A stretch of 57,390 bases of DNA from an uncultured Bacteroidaceae bacterium (lineage in GTDB: Bacteria > Bacillota > Clostridia > Christensenellales > CAG-917), in the NCBI GenBank assembly GCA_964604875.1, contig CAZSAC010000003.1, positions 1 through 57,390 on the forward strand, in the 5' to 3' direction. The notes beneath the pieces are model-generated. The model was given only the letters and a program-made list of their open reading frames with translations, was not told where the DNA came from and made no database searches. Made by a program: the position numbers and the translations under genes. Every line of letters begins with the position of its first letter. Positions within the stretch are counted from its first letter, which is position 1. Positions 46,376 through 55,347 of the stretch are shown here, in pieces.

Positions 46376-46402
46376 AAGCTGCCTAACAAGGCAGCTTTTT
46401 TT
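46376..46402 (+). terminator. Rho-independent terminator of the transporter gene
   Basis: AAGCTGCC-taacaa-GGCAGCTT followed by a T-run. Confidence 0.8.
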
Positions 46403-46444
46403 ATGCTTTTTAATAATCTGTTTTATGGAAGTTATATATACCTT

Positions 46445-47536
46445 TTAAACTTTCTTCTCCCCTATAAACACTCTAAACATCGGCAGACACGCGTCAAAAA
46501 AGCGTTTATAGGCTTGACAATAATCTCTGTCTGCGCGGCTGCGTTTACAACCTCCCGCTCTGCACAAGCCGAAATATCGGCAGCTTTTGCATTTTTCCTC
46601 TATAACAAAGGATTCTTTGATGAACTCTATCGCCTTATCGCTGTGAGCCGCCTCACTAAAACTAACGTCTTTTATGTTTCCCAAAAGCCACTCGTCCACA
46701 CAATAAAAATCGCACGGATATAAGTTACCGTTGCCCTCAACCACGAATTGATGCGAGCAATGTCCCAAAACCCCGCATTGTTCGGGCTGCTTTCCCAAAT
46801 ACTGATAAACTAGATTATCCAAAAGCCTGACGCTTGTATAATTGCCTCTCACGTAGTCTTTAACATACAGATTGAAAAGCTTAATCAAGAAATCGCCGTA
46901 TTGCCCGACGGTCATAAAAAGCTCGTTTTCCGATTTATCTCCAAACGGGCGCAGGCAAGGTATAAACTGAAGATATTTAAAGCCGTAATCGCAAAACCAT
47001 TTATATATTTCCTCGATATTATCCGCGGTGTATCCCGTGGTAACAATCAAGCAATTAAACTCCACTCCCTTATTTAAAAACAATTCGGCGGTGGACAAAA
47101 CATTTGCAAAGGTGGCGCTATTGTCTGAAAAAACCCGAAATTTGTTTGCCTTCTCGTTTCCGTCTAGGCTCAAGCCTATCAAAAATTTGTTTTTTACAAA
47201 AAAATCCGCCCACTCCTCGGTGACAAGCGTGCCGTTGGTTTGCAAAGAAAAAATAATTTCGCTGTGTTTTTTATTTTCTTTTTTTACCTTTTCCACAAAG
47301 TATTGGAAAAACTCTAACCCCGCCATTAAAGGCTCTCCGCCCTGAAAGGCAAAAAATATCCGCTGTCCGTCGGCAAAAGTCAACGCTTTTTCTATTATTG
47401 CGTCGGCGGTTGACGTCTCCATAACTCCATAGCTGAAACTTTCTCGGGTTTCGGCAAGAGAATGATAAAAGCAATATTTGCACCGCATATTACAAAGGCT
47501 TGACGCGGGCTTTATCATAATTGAAAGCGGAGGCAT
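46445..47536 (-). CDS. Anaerobic sulfatase-maturating enzyme (radical SAM/SPASM)
   Basis: The MPPLSIMIKPASSLCNMRCKYCFY (CxxxCxxC) N-terminus is nearly identical in pattern to characterised clostridial anSME. C-terminal SPASM cysteines are present (CGVLGHC, CDFYC, CKSCRYFGLCRAGGC). Confidence 0.9.
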   Translation of the reverse strand: MPPLSIMIKPASSLCNMRCKYCFYHSLAETRESFSYGVMETSTADAIIEKALTFADGQRIFFAFQGGEPLMAGLEFFQYFVEKVKKENKKHSEIIFSLQTNGTLVTEEWADFFVKNKFLIGLSLDGNEKANKFRVFSDNSATFANVLSTAELFLNKGVEFNCLIVTTGYTADNIEEIYKWFCDYGFKYLQFIPCLRPFGDKSENELFMTVGQYGDFLIKLFNLYVKDYVRGNYTSVRLLDNLVYQYLGKQPEQCGVLGHCSHQFVVEGNGNLYPCDFYCVDEWLLGNIKDVSFSEAAHSDKAIEFIKESFVIEEKCKSCRYFGLCRAGGCKRSRADRDYCQAYKRFFDACLPMFRVFIGEKKV

Positions 47537-49728
47537 CAGTCTTTATAATATTCTGCGTAATAGCCGCGCCTGTTTTCCTTCAAGCGCGCTGTCCATTCGT
47601 CCATAGTGTCCGCATATTGCCCTGCAAGCGTCGGGAAAACGTCAGCCCTTTGATAGCTTTCGCCCGAGTCGTCCGTTAAGCATATAAGCCAATTTTTGCG
47701 TTTCTTATCAAAAAACTCGGGGTTGTCGTTCTTCATATACTTAAAATATTTCCAAGTTGTATAAGTATTATCTTTTATAAACGGCATATCGGCGTACGCT
47801 GTCTCGTCCGCTGTTTGCGTCGTGTGCTCTGTTCCTTGCGCGTATCCTTTAACGGACGCCAAAACATCTTCCCTTGTTAAGCTATATTGCACCGCGCGGA
47901 TTTTCTCCCTCTTCATATGCAAAATCGGGTGGTTTTTATCGTGGATTATTGTAGAATCCGTATAATCATTTATTGCCGAAACCATAGAAACACCGTCAAG
48001 CGCGCGGTCAACGTCGCTGGGTAAATAGCCTGTAATCGTGCCGTCCTTGTTGGAAATATTGCATATGTTGGCAAGCGTAGGGAATAAGTCCACAAACGTC
48101 GCCGGAGTGGATATTTCGCGGGCAACCTTATCAAGAGGAGTATTGCTGTATACGGGATTATTGCCCCAACGCATATAGAAGGGCACCTTTTGTCCTCCTT
48201 CATAGGCGGAATATTTCCCCCCTCTAAGCTCGTTCATTGAGCCTTGAAGCGCAGGGCCGTTGTCCGAGGTAAATATGATAAGTGTATCATCCAAAACGCC
48301 CAGATTTTCCATTGTATTAAAAAGCTCACCCAAATAAAAGTCAAATTCCGTGACGCAATCGCCGTAAATGCCCGCGCCGCTAGTCCCTTGAAAATCATAA
48401 CCCGCATAGACGGGGGCGTGCGGCCACGGAGTAGAATAATAAGCAAAAAATTTCTCGTTAGAATTGGCTTTCTCGGTTATCCAGCTTTCAATTTGATTGT
48501 GTATCAAAACAGTTGCGTCGCTTTGGTCAAGCTCCTTTGCGCCGACGGCTATTTCATACTCTCCGCCCTCTTCGGTAACGTGATAAAAAGGCGCCATATC
48601 GTTTACGTGATGCGAACCGTAAAAATAGTCAAAGCCTTGGTTTGTTGGCAAATATTGTCCGTAATCTCCCAGATGCCATTTCCCGAAAGCGCCCGTATTG
48701 TAGCCCGACGCTTGGAACGCCTCCGCAATAGTCACTTCATCGCCCAGCATACCGTCGCAGTTGGCGCCCATCTCGATAGAATTGAAAACCCTTGTAGAGG
48801 CGAAGGGATTTACGGAATTTACCGTTGGATAAATTACATTGTCTGCGTATCCTCTATAAGGGTAACGTCCTGTCATCAGCGCAAAACGCGCGGGCGAACA
48901 AACCGAATAGGACGAATAAAAATTATCAAAATCCAAACCGCTTTCGGCAATCCAATCAATGTTTGGCGTTTCAAAAGCTGGCGTCAAATTTGCTTTCCTT
49001 GCGTTGTAGCTTGTGTCGCCGTATCCTAAATCGTCCATTAAAATTACCAAAACGTTGGGGTTATCTGCGTTGTTGCTTTTTTTGACATTATTTAAATATT
49101 CATCGTGACCTTGCGTCATATCCATGACTTTGGGATTAGAACGCAAATTCATAAAGAAAATATACGTAATAGACATTCCAATTAAAACCACGCTGAGAGA
49201 AGTTGCAAAAACCTTTTGAAGCTTTAACGAGCCGTTCTTCCATTTATCCAAAACGAAAAAGAGCCCCAAAATAAGCAAAAATGCAGGCGCGCACAAAATG
49301 ATATTCCCCGCAAGACGAGTGCCGAAATTCCCTTCTCCCTGCCATAAGGGATGCTCAGCGGAGGAGTATCCCGCCATCGCAGAGGTCAACGCTCCCCAGC
49401 CCGCGTCTGCTCCGTTAAAAATATAAAAGGTTGCAATTCCAAAGCTGACTGCGATATACCCTATTAAAAACCATATCGAAACACGTTTTTTAAACAACAG
49501 CTCAAGCAAAATCAACGCTGCGTTTACACACATATATATTGCGCCAATAAGCACCACAAGATTAAGCCCGACTATCCATTGAGCAAGCATAATTGCTATG
49601 CCGATACACAATATTATGATTGGGAAAACTGAAGGTTTTTTATATAATGCTAGGGGTTGAGGTTTTTTTTCAATTTCAAAATATCCTCTTTCATCTGCCA
49701 GATTTAATTCGTCGGATTTATTGTTCAT
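47536..49728 (-). CDS. Membrane-anchored Cys-type sulfatase (5 N-terminal TM segments plus a sulfatase domain)
   Basis: Five hydrophobic segments lie in residues roughly 34-193. They are followed by LVILMDDLGYGD and SVCSPARFALMTGRYP (Cys277 codon at 48898-48900). The stop overlaps the anSME start as TGATG. Confidence 0.85.
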   Translation of the reverse strand: MNNKSDELNLADERGYFEIEKKPQPLALYKKPSVFPIIILCIGIAIMLAQWIVGLNLVVLIGAIYMCVNAALILLELLFKKRVSIWFLIGYIAVSFGIATFYIFNGADAGWGALTSAMAGYSSAEHPLWQGEGNFGTRLAGNIILCAPAFLLILGLFFVLDKWKNGSLKLQKVFATSLSVVLIGMSITYIFFMNLRSNPKVMDMTQGHDEYLNNVKKSNNADNPNVLVILMDDLGYGDTSYNARKANLTPAFETPNIDWIAESGLDFDNFYSSYSVCSPARFALMTGRYPYRGYADNVIYPTVNSVNPFASTRVFNSIEMGANCDGMLGDEVTIAEAFQASGYNTGAFGKWHLGDYGQYLPTNQGFDYFYGSHHVNDMAPFYHVTEEGGEYEIAVGAKELDQSDATVLIHNQIESWITEKANSNEKFFAYYSTPWPHAPVYAGYDFQGTSGAGIYGDCVTEFDFYLGELFNTMENLGVLDDTLIIFTSDNGPALQGSMNELRGGKYSAYEGGQKVPFYMRWGNNPVYSNTPLDKVAREISTPATFVDLFPTLANICNISNKDGTITGYLPSDVDRALDGVSMVSAINDYTDSTIIHDKNHPILHMKREKIRAVQYSLTREDVLASVKGYAQGTEHTTQTADETAYADMPFIKDNTYTTWKYFKYMKNDNPEFFDKKRKNWLICLTDDSGESYQRADVFPTLAGQYADTMDEWTARLKENRRGYYAEYYKD

Positions 49729-49906
49729 AACGCTGTCCTTAAAATTTTATTCTTATATAGTTTACTATATATCCAACGTTTTTTCAAGTTATGAGCAGAC
49801 TTATATTATTTTATTGTCGAAAAATGCTTTTAAAAACGATTTTTATTGCTGCGTAAATATTTTTTATAATTTAACACACAGTAAATACAAATCTTGGAGG
49901 TTTTTT

Positions 49907-50617
49907 ATGAATCCTTATGTAGAAATAATTGTGCGTTCAATTATAGGGTTTTTTGCGCTGTGGCTTTTCGCAAGGCTCTTGGGCTCAAGGCAAATTTCTC
50001 AGCTTACATTTTACGACTATGTAGTCGGCATAACAATTGGTTCGATTGCAGGAACGCTTTGCGTAGACAGAGATATTCCGATATGGTATTCAATTATCGC
50101 AATTGCAATTTGGGTATTAGGCGTGTTTATTTTTGAAATGCTGACAAATAAAAGTATAATACTCAGAAGAGTTTTTTCGGGTTGCGCAAAAGTATTGATT
50201 TCCGAAGGAACGATTGTTGACAAGAATTTGATGATAACTCGGTTTGATATAAACGACCTTCTGCGGGAGCTGCGCTCGCTTGGCTATTTTAACGTAGCCG
50301 ATATTCAGTTTGCCGTATTAGAAACCAACGGAAAGTTATCTGTGTTGCCAAAGGAAAACGTCCGACCGCTCCAGCCTTCTGATATGGAAAAGAATTTGCC
50401 TGAAAAATCCTTGGTTACAAATATCATAATAGACGGGAAAATAATGGAAGAAAATCTCGCTACCACAAAAAAGGACAAGACGTGGGTGCAAGACCAGTTG
50501 AACGCGCAAGGAAAAGGAGATATAAAAAATATCATTCTCGCCACGCTTGACGAAAACTATAATTTATCCGTTTACGAAAAAGGTTCCACGACGGATTTCG
50601 ATACGGTTTTCCAATAA
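49907..50617 (+). CDS. DUF421/YetF-family membrane protein
   Basis: The start is refined to MNPYVEIIVRS after SD GGAGG. The N-terminal TM helices with the SQLTFYDYVVGITIGSIAG motif and the soluble C-terminal domain are typical of YetF. Confidence 0.75.
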   Translation: MNPYVEIIVRSIIGFFALWLFARLLGSRQISQLTFYDYVVGITIGSIAGTLCVDRDIPIWYSIIAIAIWVLGVFIFEMLTNKSIILRRVFSGCAKVLISEGTIVDKNLMITRFDINDLLRELRSLGYFNVADIQFAVLETNGKLSVLPKENVRPLQPSDMEKNLPEKSLVTNIIIDGKIMEENLATTKKDKTWVQDQLNAQGKGDIKNIILATLDENYNLSVYEKGSTTDFDTVFQ

Positions 50618-50634
50618 GAATATAAACATTATTT

Positions 50635-50662
50635 AAAAAACGCCGTTTATCGGCGTTTTTTT
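50635..50662. terminator. Rho-independent terminator (bidirectional context)
   Basis: AACGCCG-tttat-CGGCGTT followed by TTTTTTG, preceded by an A-run. Confidence 0.8.
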
Positions 50663-50664
50663 GT

Positions 50665-51423
50665 TTATAAACTACGTTTTAAGCATTTTTCCAGCTTCGG
50701 CGATAGTGGTGTGTAGACAAAGCACTTGTCCAAAAGCTTTCCCGCGACAGCTAGTATCGGCGCATTTATAAAAGTGGTTACGATGGTGCCAAGCCCTATA
50801 CTGTGATAGCTGCTTAAATATATCGTTTTCCATTCAAAGGTTGTGGCGTCTCCAAAAAGGGTTAAAGCCAAGACTAGCGATAGAGCCAAGCTTGACAAGT
50901 CGTAAAACCATTTGGTTTTAGAAATATTAAAGTGATACCTGCCGGACAATTCAGCCACAAATAACTCGTATACCTGCAAAGGAAAGTATGTCCTAAAATA
51001 GCACGCCACGCCCGTTGCCGTGATTATGTCCCCGACAAACAGCATAACCCACCTTAGCCACAGCGCAGAAAAAGTCACGTCCTTTAAAATAAACAGCCAC
51101 AAGTCTAAAACCATTCCGTATATTATCGCAACAACAAACGCCAGCAAAAAACGCCAGTCAAAGCGTCTGATTACAAGACACAGTATTACAAGCAAAAAGC
51201 CTTGCATAAGATATTCCACCATTCCTACGCTAAAACCGCTCCAATAGCCGGCTATAGCCTCGTAAATGATAAATGGCGGAGCCGCTATCATCGATACTCC
51301 TAAATCGGCTTTTTTGCATATGCTGACACCTAATGCGACAAGCGCAGTTCCCAGTACCCACATAATTTCGGACATTTTTGGAATTTTCTTGTTTTCGTTT
51401 TTCATAATTAAAAAGGGTCGCAT
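50665..51423 (-). CDS. Polytopic membrane protein (YczE-like family); start codon uncertain
   Basis: It has 6-7 hydrophobic segments, and the KKADLGVSMIAAPPFII motif resembles YczE/YitT-type membrane proteins. None of the three candidate ATGs has an obvious SD. Confidence 0.5.
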   Translation of the reverse strand: MRPFLIMKNENKKIPKMSEIMWVLGTALVALGVSICKKADLGVSMIAAPPFIIYEAIAGYWSGFSVGMVEYLMQGFLLVILCLVIRRFDWRFLLAFVVAIIYGMVLDLWLFILKDVTFSALWLRWVMLFVGDIITATGVACYFRTYFPLQVYELFVAELSGRYHFNISKTKWFYDLSSLALSLVLALTLFGDATTFEWKTIYLSSYHSIGLGTIVTTFINAPILAVAGKLLDKCFVYTPLSPKLEKCLKRSL

Positions 51424-51440
51424 TTCTGTGACCGATTGTT

Positions 51441-52400
51441 TTATCTTTCTTCCCTAAAGTAGGAAAGTCCTAAGGAAGCAGGCGGTTGATTTTCTCTCTT
51501 ATTTTTAATACTCGTTGCAATTAAAATGACTATTGTAACCAAATAAGGTATCATTTTAATGATTTCTTTCATTGAAAAAGTCACGTTTAAATAATTCGGT
51601 GCAATATATAACGCGCCAAATAGGATTGACCCTAAGATACCCCAGTTTGTTTTCCATACCGAGAAAATGACCAAAGCCACAGCCATCCAGCCGTAAATGT
51701 CTATCGTATATTCAATGCTGCCGCCAAGGTAGTCCATAATATAAAATAATCCGCCGAGACCCGCTATTGCGCTGCCTATAACTGTTGCCAAGTATTTATA
51801 TTTGGTTACGCTTATGCCCGTGGCATCTGCCGTAGCAGGGCTTTCTCCGACGGCTCTGAGATTTAACCCGACGCGCGTCTTTTTTAGGATAACTGCCACA
51901 ATAAGCGCTATCGCTATTGCCAAATAAACCAAAAATCCGTATGAAAAGAACACTTTCCCAAACTCGCCCAAAGAGCTTGCACCGCTAAAGGTTTTTGTAA
52001 AATAACCGCTTGCTACGTTAAAGCCCGTCGTATTAACTCTTTGCCCGAAAAATCTCAAAAAACCAACGCCAAATGTTGTTATAGCAAGACCTGTTACGTT
52101 TTGATTACATTTTAGGGTAACCGTCAAAAAGCAATATAAAAGTCCCGCTAAAGCGGCAAATAAAATTGACATCAATACGGGCGCCATTATTGCCCCGAAA
52201 CCGCTTATCTGCCCAATATCGGAAAGGGATTTCAAATATAATTCTTCTCCGATTAATCCTCCAACCGTTCCAATACACATAATTCCAGGAATACCTAGGT
52301 TTAGGTTGCCTGACTTCTCGGTAAGCGTTTCGCCTATTGAACCATACAGAAAAATTGTGCTAAAGCGTATTGCGTTTTGTAAGAATGCAAAAAACATCAT
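51441..52400 (-). CDS. ABC transporter permease (BMP/nucleoside uptake family, YufQ/NupQ-like)
   Basis: Polytopic, 319 aa, with an ATGA overlap to the upstream permease gene. Confidence 0.8.
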   Translation of the reverse strand: MMFFAFLQNAIRFSTIFLYGSIGETLTEKSGNLNLGIPGIMCIGTVGGLIGEELYLKSLSDIGQISGFGAIMAPVLMSILFAALAGLLYCFLTVTLKCNQNVTGLAITTFGVGFLRFFGQRVNTTGFNVASGYFTKTFSGASSLGEFGKVFFSYGFLVYLAIAIALIVAVILKKTRVGLNLRAVGESPATADATGISVTKYKYLATVIGSAIAGLGGLFYIMDYLGGSIEYTIDIYGWMAVALVIFSVWKTNWGILGSILFGALYIAPNYLNVTFSMKEIIKMIPYLVTIVILIATSIKNKRENQPPASLGLSYFREER

Positions 52401-53497
52401 TGTTTATTTACCTCCTTTTTAAAGATGCGAAATTTAACTTTATAATTTATAAAGAACTCGCATCCAATTATGAAGAAGAAAAATATGCCGCATATTATGT
52501 CCGGCAAATCTTCTCCCAATCCATAGAGCGAAGATATATGGCTTGAGCCCTTTTCCAAAAAGACTACCAAAAAGGACGTGAGAATCATTGCAATTGGATT
52601 GAACTTTGCCAACCACGATACCAAAATAGCCGTAAAACCTTGTCCGCCCACCGTGTTGGAATTAATTGTATGGTCGGTGCCTGCAACAAGCAATAGCCCC
52701 GCCAGACCGCAAACTGCGCCAGATAGAATCATTGTACGAATTATAACTTTTTTTACGTTTATGCCTATATATCGCGCCGTATTTTCACTTTCTCCAACAA
52801 CGGAAATTTCATAGCCGTGTTTACTGTAGCGCAGATATACGTATAATAAGCTTGTCAACGCCGCAACAATAAGGATATTTAATAAATATGTTTGTCCGCC
52901 TAAAGCCGGAAATTGCCCGTGTTTTAATATCCCAAGTACTCCTGAACCGCTTTTTACCCAAATAAAAATACAGCACGCCACTAATTGCATTGCAATATAG
53001 TTCATCATAAGAGTAAATAATGTTTCGTTGGTTTTCCATTTAGCCTTAAATATTGCCGGAATAACTGCCCAAATTGCGCCTGACAAGACACTGGCTATCG
53101 CCATAATGATAAGAAGAACCGTGTTGTCCAGCTTATCTCCTAAATACTGAATGCAAATAACGCAAGCCAAACCTCCGATAAGCACCTGCCCTTCTGCGCC
53201 GATGTTCCAAAATTTCATTTTAAACGCCGGAGTAACCGCTAACGCAATACAAAGAAGAATGGCTATGCCTTGCATTAAGTTCCAAATTCTTCGCTCCGTG
53301 CCAAACGCTCCTTGGAAAAGATATTTGAAAAAGTCCCCCAAATTCCCCTTTGTGAGCGCCGAGCTTACGATACCGCAAACGATAAGCGCAGCAACGAAAG
53401 CGGCAATCCTGATTAGCCAAGCTTTCCACCAAACAATGTATCCCCGTTTGGCTACATGAAACAGTGGTTCGCGAGCAGTTTTTGTTTTACTTTCCAT
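52397..53497 (-). CDS. ABC transporter permease (BMP/nucleoside uptake family, YufP/NupP-like)
   Basis: The start is refined to MESKTKT (ATG at 53497), 9 nt after SD AAGGAGG. It overlaps the ATPase stop by 11 nt. Confidence 0.8.
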   Translation of the reverse strand: MESKTKTAREPLFHVAKRGYIVWWKAWLIRIAAFVAALIVCGIVSSALTKGNLGDFFKYLFQGAFGTERRIWNLMQGIAILLCIALAVTPAFKMKFWNIGAEGQVLIGGLACVICIQYLGDKLDNTVLLIIMAIASVLSGAIWAVIPAIFKAKWKTNETLFTLMMNYIAMQLVACCIFIWVKSGSGVLGILKHGQFPALGGQTYLLNILIVAALTSLLYVYLRYSKHGYEISVVGESENTARYIGINVKKVIIRTMILSGAVCGLAGLLLVAGTDHTINSNTVGGQGFTAILVSWLAKFNPIAMILTSFLVVFLEKGSSHISSLYGLGEDLPDIICGIFFFFIIGCEFFINYKVKFRIFKKEVNKQ

Positions 53498-55244
53498 TGC
53501 TGTTAACCTCCTTATTTTCAATATCGGCGGGAATTGAAGTTGTATTAGTCATAAGCCATCCAATTTCTCTTTTATTGGTTTTTCGTCCGTCCAAAATACC
53601 TGTAATCTCCCCTGCGCACATAACAACAATACGGTCGCAAAGTTCCACCAAAACGTCCAAGTCTTCGCCAACGTATATGACTGCAACACCGTTTTCTTTT
53701 TGCTTATTTAAAAGATTATATATGGTATAGGAGCTGTTGATATCCAAACCTCTGACGGGATAAGCCGCCATAAGAACAGTAGGCGCGGAAGCAATTTCTC
53801 TGCCCACCAAAACCTTTTGGACGTTTCCGCCAGACAAGCGCCTTACGGGCGTATGTGTGTTTGGCGTTACAACCTCCAACTCTTCTATGATATCTTCTGC
53901 TAAATGGCGGGGATTTTTTCTGTCTAAAAACATAGTTTTTCCTTTGCGATAACTGCGCAACATCATATTGTCAACTATGTCCATATTCCCGACTAGCCCC
54001 ATACCCAGCCTATCCTCGGGAACAAAAGAAAGCCTAACTCCTAAGTCTCGGATTTGAGTAGGATTCTTTGATTTTAAATCTACCATTTCGCCGTCAGTGG
54101 GATTATTGTAAATAATATCGCCCGATTTTATTTGTTGAAGACCGGCTATTGCCTCCAGCAACTGGCGCTGACCGCTTCCTGCAATACCTGCTATCCCAAG
54201 GATTTCGCCCGTATGCGCGGTAAACGATATATTATTTAAAACCTTGACGCCTTCTCGATTGACAACATTTAAATCTTTGACAATTAACCTTTCTATTTGA
54301 TCTTTTGGCTCGGTTCTGTCAATGTTTAGAGAAACCTTTTTGCCCACCATCATTTCGGTGAGTTCATGCTCCGTAGTTTCTTTTGTATTGACTGTTGCGA
54401 TATGCTCCCCTTTTCTGAGAACTGCCACCTTGTCAGAAATCGCCATAACCTCGTTAAGCTTATGCGTTATGATAATTATGGATTTATTGTCATCGCGCAT
54501 ATTTCTTATAACGTTAAACAATTTATCCGTTTCTTGCGGGGTAAGAACCGCGGTAGGCTCATCCAAAATCAAGATATTAGCCCCTCGGTATAAAACCTTT
54601 ATAATTTCGACAGTCTGCTTTTCACTTACAGACATATCGTATATTTTCTTGTTTAAATCAATATCAAAACCGTATTTATCCGCAATCTTTTGTAATTCTG
54701 TTGCGCGGTTTTTTTTCAAATAGTTAAATTTGAGTTTTTTTGCTGATTTGATAAAGGGTAATGCGGCAATTTTCATTGCCAACAAAAATTTATATCGGCA
54801 TTTATCTATGTCGTATATTTTTTTTACGGGCGCATGCTTATCTTCAGCGTCAACAACTATCCTTCCCTCTTTTGCCTGCTGTTTTAGCTTGAAAGCTTTT
54901 TCTTTTATGCTAAATGAAGGCATATTTTCGCCCAAAATTATATTATCTGCGGCAGAAAAAACATCAACCAACTTAAAGTGTTGATGAATCATTCCAATTT
55001 TATTTTCAAAAGCGTCTCGCGGAGAGCGTATAATAACCTCTTTTCCTTCTACCAAAATATGTCCTTCATCGGGATAATATATGCCCGCCAACATATTCAT
55101 AAGAGTGGTTTTACCGCTTCCGTTTTCGCCGAGCAAAGCCATGGTCTCCCCCGGATATAACGAAAGATTTACGTTTTTATTAGCAACAACCTCGCCAAAA
55201 AATTTAGATATGTTTCTCAGTTCAATAACAGCAGAGTTAGCCAC
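53487..55244 (-). CDS. ABC transporter ATP-binding protein with duplicated NBDs (YufO/NupO-like) and an insertion in NBD1
   Basis: GTG start after SD GGAGGA. It has Walker A GENGSGKTT, signature SVSEKQ, Walker B ILILDEP, and a second NBD with LSGGNVQK. At 585 aa it is longer than the roughly 510 aa I recall as typical. Confidence 0.85.
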   Translation of the reverse strand: MANSAVIELRNISKFFGEVVANKNVNLSLYPGETMALLGENGSGKTTLMNMLAGIYYPDEGHILVEGKEVIIRSPRDAFENKIGMIHQHFKLVDVFSAADNIILGENMPSFSIKEKAFKLKQQAKEGRIVVDAEDKHAPVKKIYDIDKCRYKFLLAMKIAALPFIKSAKKLKFNYLKKNRATELQKIADKYGFDIDLNKKIYDMSVSEKQTVEIIKVLYRGANILILDEPTAVLTPQETDKLFNVIRNMRDDNKSIIIITHKLNEVMAISDKVAVLRKGEHIATVNTKETTEHELTEMMVGKKVSLNIDRTEPKDQIERLIVKDLNVVNREGVKVLNNISFTAHTGEILGIAGIAGSGQRQLLEAIAGLQQIKSGDIIYNNPTDGEMVDLKSKNPTQIRDLGVRLSFVPEDRLGMGLVGNMDIVDNMMLRSYRKGKTMFLDRKNPRHLAEDIIEELEVVTPNTHTPVRRLSGGNVQKVLVGREIASAPTVLMAAYPVRGLDINSSYTIYNLLNKQKENGVAVIYVGEDLDVLVELCDRIVVMCAGEITGILDGRKTNKREIGWLMTNTTSIPADIENKEVNSNGK

Positions 55245-55267
55245 AGTTTCCTCCGAAAGAAAATCAA

Positions 55268-55325
55268 ACGCTAAACAAAGGTTTAGCGTAATAAAAAGGG
55301 GTTGGCGGAGTATAAAAACTCCGCC
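55268..55325 (-). promoter_or_regulatory. Two intercistronic stem-loops between the binding-protein and ATPase genes
   Basis: GGCGGAG-8 nt-CTCCGCC (55304-55325) and ACGCTAAAC-4 nt-GTTTAGCGT (55268-55289). On the minus strand the first is followed by AACCCCTTTTTATTA. Confidence 0.5.
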
Positions 55326-55347
55326 ATTTCCTTTTGTGAATTATACG

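Noticed and set aside
48244-49029. 261-aa ORF antisense to the membrane sulfatase
   Set aside because: It is fully embedded antisense in a gene with strong family motifs. Its product is Arg/Ile/Cys-rich with no recognisable motif or SD. Long antisense ORFs of this kind are expected by chance.
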